A stretch of 64,000 bases of DNA. Origin: a bacterium. Its GTDB lineage: Bacteria > Patescibacteriota > Minisyncoccia > JAUYLV01. The first letter of the stretch is position 1. Each line of letters begins with the position of its first letter. Made by a program: the position numbers and the translations under genes. Where the stretch lies: positions 4,851 to 68,850 of the forward strand of contig JAUSGO010000016.1 of NCBI GenBank assembly GCA_030649025.1, given 5' to 3'. Under the pieces are notes generated by a model, which did no database searches, was not told the origin of the DNA, and was given only the letters and a program-made list of their open reading frames with translations. This document shows positions 27,863 through 37,293 of this stretch, piece after piece.

Positions 27863-30800
27863 GCGAACTGGTATCGCGCATTATTGCAAGCTCCGATCCC
27901 AAATTGAATTTCACGGTAACGGTGGAGGTTTTATTTTTAACTGCAATGCCCAGGTCGGATTCAAGTATTTTCTTTTCCTTTTCATCGCCGACCACAAGCT
28001 CAATTCTTTCACCAGGTTTTAGTCCGGCTTTTCTGCGCGCATCCTGAATCTTTCGCATAAGTTCACGCGCGTCACCCTCCGCCTGTAATTCCGGGGTAAT
28101 AAGAGTGTCCAATTCTTCCTTCTCGCCAAATACTATTTCTTTTACATTCAGTTCTTCTTTCAAAATATCTAAGAATCCCGCATCAAGATTTTTTATGCCA
28201 TATACCGACAATAAATCTGTGGATGTAGTGTATCTGGTGAGCGATTGCCGAATTTTTATTTTAGCCTCGGCCCGTTTCTCAAGACCCTTTGCAACCACAA
28301 TACGAACAATCTCCATCTCTCTAATAAGATTCAGTTCATCTTCTTTTATTATTGGCCCGGAGGGGTAGTCGGCCAAATGCACGGATTCTTTGTTTCCTAG
28401 TTCTTGCCATATTGCATCGGCAACAAACGGAATAAAGGGCGCCGCAAGACATGAAACGGTTTCAAGAACCTTCCGGAATGCTGCCATGGACACTTTGTTC
28501 TCCTGTAGGCGTTCGCGGCTTCTTCGAACATACCATTGCGAGAGGTCGTCAACTACGAATCGCTCAATTGCGCGCGCAGCTCCTGTGACATCATAAGAAT
28601 CTAATTTTTCAAGCCGTACTACCTGAACGAGAATTCCTAACTTGGATAGAATCCATTTATCAAGCTTATGTTCAGCTACTTCCTCTTGCTCGTTGGCTTT
28701 CTGCCCCCTTTCATATGTCTTATAAAACACCGCGCAATTCCATAGCGTTCCCAAAAATCCGCGCATGCGCTCCTCGACATGCTTTTCGTCGAACAACTTG
28801 TAATCTCCGGGGTCATTTGCGGTAAAAAAATACCAGCGAAGGGCGTCCACGCCGTATTTGCTGATAATGTCCCAGGGGCTTACCACATTTCCTTTAGATT
28901 TGGACATCTTCTGTCCCTTGGCATCCAGCACGTGAGAGAGCGAAATGACGTTTTTATATGGCGCACCTTTGTCGAGCAGGGTGGAAACTGCAAGTAGGGT
29001 ATAGAACCAACCGCGTGTCTGATCTATGGCTTCCGAAATATATTCGGCGGGAAACGTCTTGCCGCTATCAATATCGTCTTTGTGCTCGAACGGATAATGT
29101 CCTTGCGCGAACGGCATGGACCCGGAGTCGAACCATACATCTATAAGTTCCTTGACGCGCGTCATTTTTTTTCCACACCTACAGCACAGATAAAACTCAT
29201 CGACATAAGGACGGTGAAGATTTACACTTCCTTCTTCGTCTCGGGGCATGGTGCCATAAAAAATCTTTCGAGGTTCGGCATATGTAGGGTATTCTTCCCG
29301 CCCGGTTGGCTGTGTGCCGACTTGCCTAAAATCGTCATCGCCAAACCCCGAGAGCGTACGTTCCAGAACCCACAAGGGGTCACCATGGCTTACGATAAGG
29401 ATGTTCTTGCCCTGATGTTTTTCTTCAAGCTCCATCCAGAATGCCATCATGCGCCCCCTAAGATCTGCCCACGTTTCTCCTCCCTCCACCGCTGTATCAA
29501 ACCGATTAAGGCTCCTTGACGCAAAGTACTCATGATACTCCGCTGCCGGCTTCCCACCGAAATCCCCGACCCGTATCTCGCGTAGCCGCTCGTCGAAAGA
29601 AACTTTAATGCCAAGTGCTTCGCCGATCGTCTCCGCGGTTTCTTTCGTGCGCAAAAGGTCGGAAGAGAAGATAAGATCAATGCCGGATTTTTTAAGTTTC
29701 TCGGCGGCAACAAATACCTGCCTCCTTCCTTCCTGGGTAAGATGGTTCTGGTCTTCCACTTTATCACTCATTCTATTTAAGCAATTGAATTCCGCTTCGC
29801 CGTGACGCGAAGCGTAATAGGTATTGCCGGACTTTTTATAGGCCCGCGCATCCAGTTCTTCAAGAGAGCCGATGCATTCCTCTTTTCCGCACGCTTCACA
29901 TTTCCAAATAGGCAGGGGTGTCCCCCAATACCGTTCGCGCGAGAAATTCCAGTCTTTTACTTCTTTCAGCCACTCTCCGAATCTCCCCTCTTTCATGTGT
30001 TCGGGAACCCACGTTATATAATTGTTATTCTCAATGAGTTTCTCGCGAACGCGCGACATCGAAATAAACCATGAGGGTTTTGCGTAATATAAAAGTGGTC
30101 TGTCACAGCGCCAGCAGAATGGGTAATCGTGAGCGCAAGCTTCTTCTTTAAATAAAATTTCCCGCTCTTTCAGGTCCGCGGTGATATCTTTATCCGCGTC
30201 CTTAACAAACTTCCCTTCTCCCGGAATGCCCAGGCCCTTTTTCACCGTGCCATCCAACTCCACGGTATGCAGGTTTGGCAAGTTATGTTCCTTCCCTAGA
30301 TTATAGTCATCTTCTCCATACATGGGCGCGATGTGGACCACGCCCGTACCATCGGCGGTGGAAACAAAATCAGCAGTATATATTTTATATGCGTTTTCGT
30401 TTTTTTCTTTGAGCGTTCCGTAAAGCGGTTCGTACTTCCATCCAATTAGTCCCTTCCCCGCACGAGTATCTTTAATGTCAAACGAACCTTCGGGCAGCGC
30501 CGAAAGTCGGTCTTTGGCCACATAGAAATGTTCTTTCGTCTCCTTTACATATACATGCGCGTACAGAATATTTTCTCCAACTGCGAGAGCTAAATTCGCC
30601 GGCAACGTCCAAGGCGTAGTAGTCCAAACGAGAATATACACGTTGCCTGTTTTTATTTTTTCGTCGTTCCCCTCAGTAACTTTAAACTTCACATACACCG
30701 AATTCTCGGAAATATTCTTATACCCCTGCGCAACTTCGTGGCTAGATAACCCTGTGCCGCACCGCGCGCAGTAGGGTACCACCTTATGTCCCTGGTATAA

Positions 30801-31310
30801 AAACCTGTTCCCTTTCTCGTCCCTCCGTTCCCATATCCGCCTGATAACCCACCAAAGCGTCTCCATATACTTTGGGTCGTAGGTGATGTAGGGACGGGCC
30901 ATGTCAAGCCAAAATCCCATGCGGTCGGTCAGCTTTTCCCATTCGTCTTTATAGGTCCACACCGACTCCTTACATTTTTTGTTGAATGCGGCAATGCCGT
31001 ATTGTTCAATGTCTTTTTTTGATTTCAGCCCCAGTTGTTTCTCCACTTCCAGCTCGACCGGGAGACCGTGCGTATCCCACCCGGCTTTTCGAGAAACAAA
31101 AAATCCCGCCATGGTTTTATAGCGGCAGATAATGTCCTTGAATGCGCGCGCAAGCACGTGATGGATACCGGGGCGGCCGTTTGCGGTTGGCGGCCCTTCA
31201 AAAAATACGAAGGGTTCGACGCCCTTGCGCCGCTCAAGACTTTTTTCAAACGTTTTATTCTCGCGCCATCGCGCAAGGACCCCTTCTTCAAGTTCCGGAA
31301 AACTTATCAT
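27843..31310 (-). CDS. ileS: Isoleucine--tRNA ligase (type 2) with inserted histidine-phosphatase domain
   Basis: EGPPTANGRPGIHH, GWDTHGLP, SRERYWGTP, DQTRGWF, KMSKS; RHGE...SHGDP insert. Confidence 0.95.
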   Translation of the reverse strand: MISFPELEEGVLARWRENKTFEKSLERRKGVEPFVFFEGPPTANGRPGIHHVLARAFKDIICRYKTMAGFFVSRKAGWDTHGLPVELEVEKQLGLKSKKDIEQYGIAAFNKKCKESVWTYKDEWEKLTDRMGFWLDMARPYITYDPKYMETLWWVIRRIWERRDEKGNRFLYQGHKVVPYCARCGTGLSSHEVAQGYKNISENSVYVKFKVTEGNDEKIKTGNVYILVWTTTPWTLPANLALAVGENILYAHVYVKETKEHFYVAKDRLSALPEGSFDIKDTRAGKGLIGWKYEPLYGTLKEKNENAYKIYTADFVSTADGTGVVHIAPMYGEDDYNLGKEHNLPNLHTVELDGTVKKGLGIPGEGKFVKDADKDITADLKEREILFKEEACAHDYPFCWRCDRPLLYYAKPSWFISMSRVREKLIENNNYITWVPEHMKEGRFGEWLKEVKDWNFSRERYWGTPLPIWKCEACGKEECIGSLEELDARAYKKSGNTYYASRHGEAEFNCLNRMSDKVEDQNHLTQEGRRQVFVAAEKLKKSGIDLIFSSDLLRTKETAETIGEALGIKVSFDERLREIRVGDFGGKPAAEYHEYFASRSLNRFDTAVEGGETWADLRGRMMAFWMELEEKHQGKNILIVSHGDPLWVLERTLSGFGDDDFRQVGTQPTGREEYPTYAEPRKIFYGTMPRDEEGSVNLHRPYVDEFYLCCRCGKKMTRVKELIDVWFDSGSMPFAQGHYPFEHKDDIDSGKTFPAEYISEAIDQTRGWFYTLLAVSTLLDKGAPYKNVISLSHVLDAKGQKMSKSKGNVVSPWDIISKYGVDALRWYFFTANDPGDYKLFDEKHVEERMRGFLGTLWNCAVFYKTYERGQKANEQEEVAEHKLDKWILSKLGILVQVVRLEKLDSYDVTGAARAIERFVVDDLSQWYVRRSRERLQENKVSMAAFRKVLETVSCLAAPFIPFVADAIWQELGNKESVHLADYPSGPIIKEDELNLIREMEIVRIVVAKGLEKRAEAKIKIRQSLTRYTTSTDLLSVYGIKNLDAGFLDILKEELNVKEIVFGEKEELDTLITPELQAEGDARELMRKIQDARRKAGLKPGERIELVVGDEKEKKILESDLGIAVKNKTSTVTVKFNLGSELAIMRDTSSHARIEI

Positions 31311-31397
31311 AGCAGATGTATTTTAAGCTAATCCTGCCATATGGTCAAAAATTAAAAGCCGCTGGCGCACAATCGCGCGCCAGCGGCGTAAGAACGA

Positions 31398-31949
31398 CTA
31401 GTCCTCTAAAACGACGACCTCCTCCGCCGCGGGAGTGGAGTGTTCGTCTCTCGAGCGCCCTTCGGGCCGGATAAAAACTTCATCCTTCTCGAAGAACCCG
31501 ATAAAGTCGCTCGGATCTCTCCGAATGACTCTTTTGACATGGAAGAAGATCTTGCTGCTCGGGTTTGCCTTGGGAGCCGCAAAACCAAACCCTCGCTCCG
31601 GGTTGAAATGGACAACTTCTGCGGCGACAAATCCGCTCCCGCCGTTGAGGCTCTGGATTGCGTGCACCGTGTCCTTCCACCTCTTTGATTCGCGAACCGG
31701 AACCCGCTCGATATCGCGGGCAATCCTGCCCTCCGCGTCGAAGCTCACAACTTGCCCGTCCCGGAGACATTCCAGGCCAGGAGTTCGAAGTTCGTTCCGA
31801 AACAGCGAATAATCCTTGATGCCGTCGTGCTCGATTGTCCGGGCAAAGGGGAAAAACAACATATCCCCTTCTTCGTCCCGATACCAATCTTCTCTTCCTT
31901 TGTCCCACGCGGGTTTTCGTATCACAACTCCGAAAATTCTGTCGTTCAT
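31398..31949 (-). CDS. Cold-shock / OB-fold domain protein
   Basis: VVHFNPERGFGF (RNP1-like) and IFFHV (RNP2-like); SD AAGGAG; terminator at 31354-31387. Confidence 0.6.
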   Translation of the reverse strand: MNDRIFGVVIRKPAWDKGREDWYRDEEGDMLFFPFARTIEHDGIKDYSLFRNELRTPGLECLRDGQVVSFDAEGRIARDIERVPVRESKRWKDTVHAIQSLNGGSGFVAAEVVHFNPERGFGFAAPKANPSSKIFFHVKRVIRRDPSDFIGFFEKDEVFIRPEGRSRDEHSTPAAEEVVVLED

Positions 31950-32058
31950 CGTTTTTCTCCTTGTTTTGGGCCCTTTTTTCAACGAACACGTATTGCATAA
32001 AAACGCTATCGGGCCTGATCTGACGATAGCGCAATGATAGCATTTCTCTTAGATTCTG

Positions 32059-32116
32059 TCAACCCCGTTAGAAGTAGGACGCTGACGCAAGCGTCTGCGA
32101 CTTCTAACGGGGTCAA
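32059..32116. repeat. REP-like palindrome flanked by TCAA
   Basis: ACCCCGTTAGAAGT (32062-32075) and ACTTCTAACGGGGT (32100-32113), with an inner GACGCT..AGCGTC hairpin. Confidence 0.7.
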
Positions 32117-32117
32117 G

Positions 32118-33734
32118 CTACATGTGGCTGGGGGCAGAGATACCCATAATTTTAAGAGTGCTCGTAAGAACGAACTTCGTCGCCTGTACAAGCATCAGGC
32201 GCGCCATGCTCACATTCCGGTCAACATCAATGACGCGGGTGGTGTCGTAGAATCTATGGAACACAGCGGCAAGCTGCATGGTGTATTGTGGCAGACGATG
32301 CACTGCGTATGTCTGCGCTATATCTTCCACCAGTTCTGGAAATTGTAAGAGTATTTTGATAAGAGAAAATTCTTCGGGCTTTTGTAAAAGCTTCAGGTCC
32401 TGTTTTGCCTTGCGGTCTCCCCGCTCTTGCGCCCTCTTCAAAATATTCGAGAGTCGTGCGTGCGCATACTGCACGTAGTAGACTGGATTTTTTTGAGAAT
32501 GTTCCTTGGCAACCGCCAGATCAAAATCCAAATGCGAGTTCGGCTCACGCATAAGGAAGAAGAACCGCGCCACATCCACGCCGACATCATCGAATAATTC
32601 GGAGAGCGTGACGAAATTCCCCGTGCGCTTTGACATACGCGTTTCCTTGCCGTCTTCCATGAGACGCACCAGCTGCATAAGAATTATGTGCACATCGGGT
32701 TTCCCGAACATCTGCATCGCCGCGTTCAGGCGCGCCACGGCACCATGGTGGTCGGCGCCCCAGATAGTGATGAGCTTGGTAAATCCCCGCTTCCACTTTT
32801 CCAGATGATACGCAATGTCTGAGGCAAGATACGTGTAATTTTTTTGGATACTTTTCACCAACACCCGGTCTTCGGTATCGCCGAATGCCGACGTTTTCAA
32901 CCAAATTGCACCTTCTTTTTCATACGTCAGACCCTTTTTCTCAAGCATTTTTAACGCCTTCTCAACAAGTCCCTTTCCGCGAATATCTCCGTCTTCCGAT
33001 ATCCACTTATCAAATGAGATTCCCGCCCGTTTTATGGGCGGCTTTATCTCGCGATCGAGAATGCGGTGCGCAACCTCTTTTCCCAGTTCCTCGGGATCCG
33101 CAATATATGTTTCCAGCAGTCTCTCGTATGTTTCCTTTGCGTATGATGCGATATAACCGCCCTGATAGTGCTGTTCCTGTTTTTCGGCAAGGCCTGCTGC
33201 GGCAAGAATGGATTCGCCGAGCGTCCGCATCTGGTTTCCCGCATCGTTGATGTAATATTCTTTCTCGGCCTTTGCGCCGGCAAACTGTAAAACATTATAC
33301 AGCGCATCTCCGTAAAATCCGCCCCGGCCATTTGCAAGCGTTAGGGGTCCGGTTGGGTTTGCGGATATGAATTCAATATTGACGTACTCTTTCAATTTCC
33401 CTCTGCCGAATTTCTCTTTCGCCTTCAAAATCTCTCCGACCGATCTTTGAAGAAATTTCTGTGATAGGAAAAAATTTACAAAGCCGGGCTTCGCGGTCTC
33501 AATTCTTTCGATGTAATCGCCGAGTTCTTTATCCTTTCCCAGATTTTCTTTGACAAGTTCGGCGATCTCCATGGGATTTTTTTTGAGCCATTTGGTAGCA
33601 AGCAGCGACGCGTTTGTCGCATAGTCTCCGTGTTCCGGCTTCTCTGTTTTTTCCACGGAAAAAGAAACATCTCCCGCGCCGAGGCTTTTAAGCGATCTTT
33701 GTATTGCGGCTCTTATGGTGTCTCGCGGTGTCAT
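32118..33734 (-). CDS. argS: Arginine--tRNA ligase
   Basis: EFISANPTGPL, EYYINDAGNQ, GADHHG, MSKRTG, NPVYYVQYAHAR; start at MTPRD, 6 nt after TGCTACCAT. Confidence 0.95.
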   Translation of the reverse strand: MTPRDTIRAAIQRSLKSLGAGDVSFSVEKTEKPEHGDYATNASLLATKWLKKNPMEIAELVKENLGKDKELGDYIERIETAKPGFVNFFLSQKFLQRSVGEILKAKEKFGRGKLKEYVNIEFISANPTGPLTLANGRGGFYGDALYNVLQFAGAKAEKEYYINDAGNQMRTLGESILAAAGLAEKQEQHYQGGYIASYAKETYERLLETYIADPEELGKEVAHRILDREIKPPIKRAGISFDKWISEDGDIRGKGLVEKALKMLEKKGLTYEKEGAIWLKTSAFGDTEDRVLVKSIQKNYTYLASDIAYHLEKWKRGFTKLITIWGADHHGAVARLNAAMQMFGKPDVHIILMQLVRLMEDGKETRMSKRTGNFVTLSELFDDVGVDVARFFFLMREPNSHLDFDLAVAKEHSQKNPVYYVQYAHARLSNILKRAQERGDRKAKQDLKLLQKPEEFSLIKILLQFPELVEDIAQTYAVHRLPQYTMQLAAVFHRFYDTTRVIDVDRNVSMARLMLVQATKFVLTSTLKIMGISAPSHM

Positions 33735-33801
33735 GGAGCCATGGTAGCAGAAAAATTGCCATACTGAAAGAGAGGCGTGTATACTGACCGTGGAGGCGTT
33801 T

Positions 33802-34275
33802 ATGTCAAAAAAATGGAGTATTGCGTACCTGTATCTGCCAATAGCCATCATCGTTCTTCTCGATATCGCGCTCACCTTCGACGGCAATCTTCCTCACTTC
33901 CTTGACAGAACAAAAATCATCAGAGAGATCTCTCCCGTAGGCAGAGCGTTTATCTCGGTGGGTCCGGCAACGTTCATTTTTGCATCCATGCTCTACGTTG
34001 CGGCCATTTTTATGTTGCTCTGGCGCTTATCGGAGTATAAAAAGCTTGCGCTTTTTTTCTCGTTAATATTCGCGCATGGAAACGCGGGACTTGGATGGCT
34101 GGTAAGCGGCTTAAGGGAGTCGTTGTGCGTGAACGCACATGGAACGACAAGCTGTACTACCGGACACGACACAGCTCTTTGGATATTTTCCATTCTTGCA
34201 GCATTGCTCTTCGGACTTGTGTGCGCCTGGGCCATCAAGGCGTATTACGCCACGCAGTCTTCGCTTGATGACTAG
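33802..34275 (+). CDS. Hypothetical membrane protein
   Basis: About four hydrophobic segments; GGAGG upstream of ATG 33802. Confidence 0.55.
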   Translation: MSKKWSIAYLYLPIAIIVLLDIALTFDGNLPHFLDRTKIIREISPVGRAFISVGPATFIFASMLYVAAIFMLLWRLSEYKKLALFFSLIFAHGNAGLGWLVSGLRESLCVNAHGTTSCTTGHDTALWIFSILAALLFGLVCAWAIKAYYATQSSLDD

Positions 34276-34369
34276 ATTCTAAATACCCGACTGTGCATAG
34301 TCGGGTTTTTCTAAAACCTTTACGGACAAAGAGGCCGTGGATATCAGTGCCAGTAAAAGAAAAATCCCC

Positions 34370-34840
34370 TCAACGTGCATGAGGGGCGGAAACGTCTGTG
34401 TAGAGATAGACGTCGTAAGCCAGGAAGCATAGACCGTATTTGGTATAAACCGCTCGCTCGAGCAGTATGGCATCCAAGCACGCTTTAAGATCGGACCGAG
34501 TACCCGGCGGAAGGATTTTGCCCTCGTGGATCGTCTGACGGAAGACGAACGGCTGCAGAAACTTCTCGTCCGTTTCATTTTGCGTCGAGTGATACCACAG
34601 ATAGGCCGTGGTATCGATGTAGAGATTAAGGTCCGATTGAGAGGCCAGGAACGTACGGCCGCACTCCATAGTCTCAAAAAGGAAGAATGAATCTCGGAAG
34701 ATGATGTGGTGAATCTTTCTCTCCACCATATCTTCGAACGAAATTCCTTCATGAAATTTCACGATGTCGACCTGAGTTTTTAAAGGTGCTTCGAGCCATG
34801 GATATTTCGAAAGTATCTCTCTTATCTTTTTCAGCTGCAT
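34370..34840 (-). CDS. Hypothetical protein
   Basis: 156-aa ORF preceded by AAGGAG; no recognised motif. Confidence 0.5.
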   Translation of the reverse strand: MQLKKIREILSKYPWLEAPLKTQVDIVKFHEGISFEDMVERKIHHIIFRDSFFLFETMECGRTFLASQSDLNLYIDTTAYLWYHSTQNETDEKFLQPFVFRQTIHEGKILPPGTRSDLKACLDAILLERAVYTKYGLCFLAYDVYLYTDVSAPHAR

Positions 34841-35021
34841 GCCTTCTCCTTTTCCTGGTTGGTTCGGGAGTTTTTGCCCCTGATTGAGGCTTTCCGGCCC
34901 GACTGCACCGGAAGAAATAGGGTAACATTTTAAAATTTCTATGTCCAGTGACCGAAGAGGTGTTCGGTGAATAAAACTCCACGGCCCTATGGCCGTGGTT
35001 TTTTCCTCGGTTGTATTAAGA

Positions 35022-37193
35022 TTAGGATTCGAGTTTGAGCGATAAAATCCTTGAAATCCCGTCTCCTCCCATGGTAACGCCGTAAAGGGCCTGGGCGGCT
35101 GCCATCGTGGAACGGTTATGCGTCACCACGATACATTGGGTCTCGATACGGACGCTCTCAAGAAGATTGGCAAACCGCTTTGAGTTTGCTTCGTCCAAAG
35201 CCGCATCCACTTCATCTAAAACCACAAATGGGGGTTTGACGGTGGCGATGATCGCAAAAAGGAATGCGAGCGACGTAAGCGCGCGCTCACCGCCCGAAAG
35301 AAGCTCAAGCGACTTGATGCGCTTCCCGGGAAGTTCCACGCGGACCACGATACCCTCTTTTTCCTGTTCTTCCTCTTCGTTTCCCATGTCTTCCGGGTCA
35401 TCCTCCGCGCTAGTCTTACGCTTTGGAGGAACTAATTTAATAAGCTCTCCTTTCCCGCCGCCGAATATCGTCTGCATATATTTGCTGAATTCCTTGTTCA
35501 CGCTCAAAAACGCCTCTTCAAACTTTTTCTGAATTTCACCGGCTAGGTCCACAACGAGTTTCTGCAGATCGTCCTTGGCTCCCCGTACATCCTCCAGTTC
35601 CTTGCTTAGAAAATTAAATCGCTCGTCAACTTTTTCGTATTCTGATTTCATGTTCGGGTCCAGCTCTCCAACGTCGGAAAGATGAACGCTTGCGCGAATA
35701 ATATCCTCCTCAATGCGCTGCAGGAGCGGCACCTCGCGGCCGCCGAATGTCGTTTCCAGCACGCGCAAAAGTTCCGCAAGCCCCGCGGGCGCATCGGGAA
35801 TATGCTCGCGGGCTTCCTGAAAAATTCCGCGCTCCTCGCCCTCATGCCGGCCAAGCTCTCCCATAAGCGACGCTTCTTTTTCAAGCGCTCGTTCCAGATC
35901 GTCTTCGAGCCGGCGCAGTGCGCGCTCCTTTTGGAACAACGTCTCCTTGAGTTGCTGTTCTTGCACGTGCGCCTCTCTGCTTCTCAGCTTAACCTCATCA
36001 AGCTCCCGTTCGATCTTCCCAATCGCTTCTTTTGTCTTCTCCTGCGCATCGTGCATCTCTTTTGGGATTTCGCTGGATCCGGCGCTAAACAAGCTCTCCA
36101 TGGCTTGAAGAGATTCAGCCGCTTCCAAAACTCCGTCCTTTAGCATCTCAAAAGAAGTTTGGGAAGAAAGTTCTTCCAGAAAACTACGTATTTCAGAAAT
36201 TTTCCGGAATATTGCCGTAAGGTCCGGTGCACCTTTGCGTGAAACCGCGTATCCGGAAAGTTGCGATTCTATCTTAATAAGCTCCCTCTCAAGCTGCATC
36301 CGTTTTTCGTAAAGCTCCTGAAGTTTTGTATCCTGGAGAGGCTCCTTCTGGGAACTCTTTGAGCCGAATTCTTTTTCGGCAGCAATGATCTGGGAAGTCA
36401 TGTTCTGCTTCTCTTCCTCCATGCGCCGGATGGCCTCCTGGAGAGCGGCGCGCTCTTTATCAAGCACGATCCTCCGCTCTTGCAGAGATTTCAGGCGGAC
36501 ATAAACCTTCAGTTCTTTTAACTCCTGAAGTCTCCGCGCGTATTCGTCTCTTTTCTCCCACCGCTTCATTTGACTGCGGAGATTGTTCAGGTAGGGCTTG
36601 AGCTCTGCAAGCAGTGCCTGCACCTGCAGGGCATGTTCTCCCGATCTTGTAAGTTTCCTCTCGGCGTCGCGTTTCTTTAGTTGCCATTCTTTCACGCCGC
36701 TCGCATCCTCCACCGTATTGCGCAATTCCTGCGGGGAAAAACGCAAAAGCTGGTCGGACATGCCCTGGGTTACAATAGAATAGTTCTTTGTTGAAACATG
36801 CGCTCGCGCCAGCATTTCATTGATGTCCTTGAGGCGCACCTGGGCTTTATTAAGAAAATATTCTCCTTCTCCGTCGCGATACACCTGACGCGCAACGATA
36901 AGTTCTTCGTACGGAATCCCGCGATCCTGCTGAACGTCTTTAAAAAGCATCTCAACGGATGCGCGCGACATTTTCCCCTTGCTTTTAGAACCAAGAAAAA
37001 TAACATCGTCGCTTTTCTCAAGACGTATCCCTTTATATCCCTGTTCCCCCAGCGCCCAGCGGATGGCGTCCACCACATTTGATTTTCCGGAGCCGTTTGG
37101 CCCCACAATTGAAGTCACTCCCGGGGCAAACTCCAAAACGACCTTCTCTCCAAAGGATTTGAATCCGTTAATTTCAAGTCTGGCAAGATGCAT
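35022..37193 (-). CDS. smc: Short SMC-family ATPase (no recognisable hinge)
   Basis: GFKSF, Walker A GPNGSGKSN, LSGGE signature, LDEVDAALD; only 723 aa. Confidence 0.85.
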   Translation of the reverse strand: MHLARLEINGFKSFGEKVVLEFAPGVTSIVGPNGSGKSNVVDAIRWALGEQGYKGIRLEKSDDVIFLGSKSKGKMSRASVEMLFKDVQQDRGIPYEELIVARQVYRDGEGEYFLNKAQVRLKDINEMLARAHVSTKNYSIVTQGMSDQLLRFSPQELRNTVEDASGVKEWQLKKRDAERKLTRSGEHALQVQALLAELKPYLNNLRSQMKRWEKRDEYARRLQELKELKVYVRLKSLQERRIVLDKERAALQEAIRRMEEEKQNMTSQIIAAEKEFGSKSSQKEPLQDTKLQELYEKRMQLERELIKIESQLSGYAVSRKGAPDLTAIFRKISEIRSFLEELSSQTSFEMLKDGVLEAAESLQAMESLFSAGSSEIPKEMHDAQEKTKEAIGKIERELDEVKLRSREAHVQEQQLKETLFQKERALRRLEDDLERALEKEASLMGELGRHEGEERGIFQEAREHIPDAPAGLAELLRVLETTFGGREVPLLQRIEEDIIRASVHLSDVGELDPNMKSEYEKVDERFNFLSKELEDVRGAKDDLQKLVVDLAGEIQKKFEEAFLSVNKEFSKYMQTIFGGGKGELIKLVPPKRKTSAEDDPEDMGNEEEEQEKEGIVVRVELPGKRIKSLELLSGGERALTSLAFLFAIIATVKPPFVVLDEVDAALDEANSKRFANLLESVRIETQCIVVTHNRSTMAAAQALYGVTMGGDGISRILSLKLES

Positions 37194-37293
37194 CTGAAAA
37201 AAATTTTAATTACCTGCTGTAGTGTAGCAAATACGGCAAAAAGTGGGTAGGGACACTGATTCTTGCATTACAATAAAAAACACCCTTTTGGGT

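Noticed and set aside
29250-29830. Intein in ileS
   Set aside because: No C/S...HN splice motifs or homing endonuclease; the insert is a histidine phosphatase.
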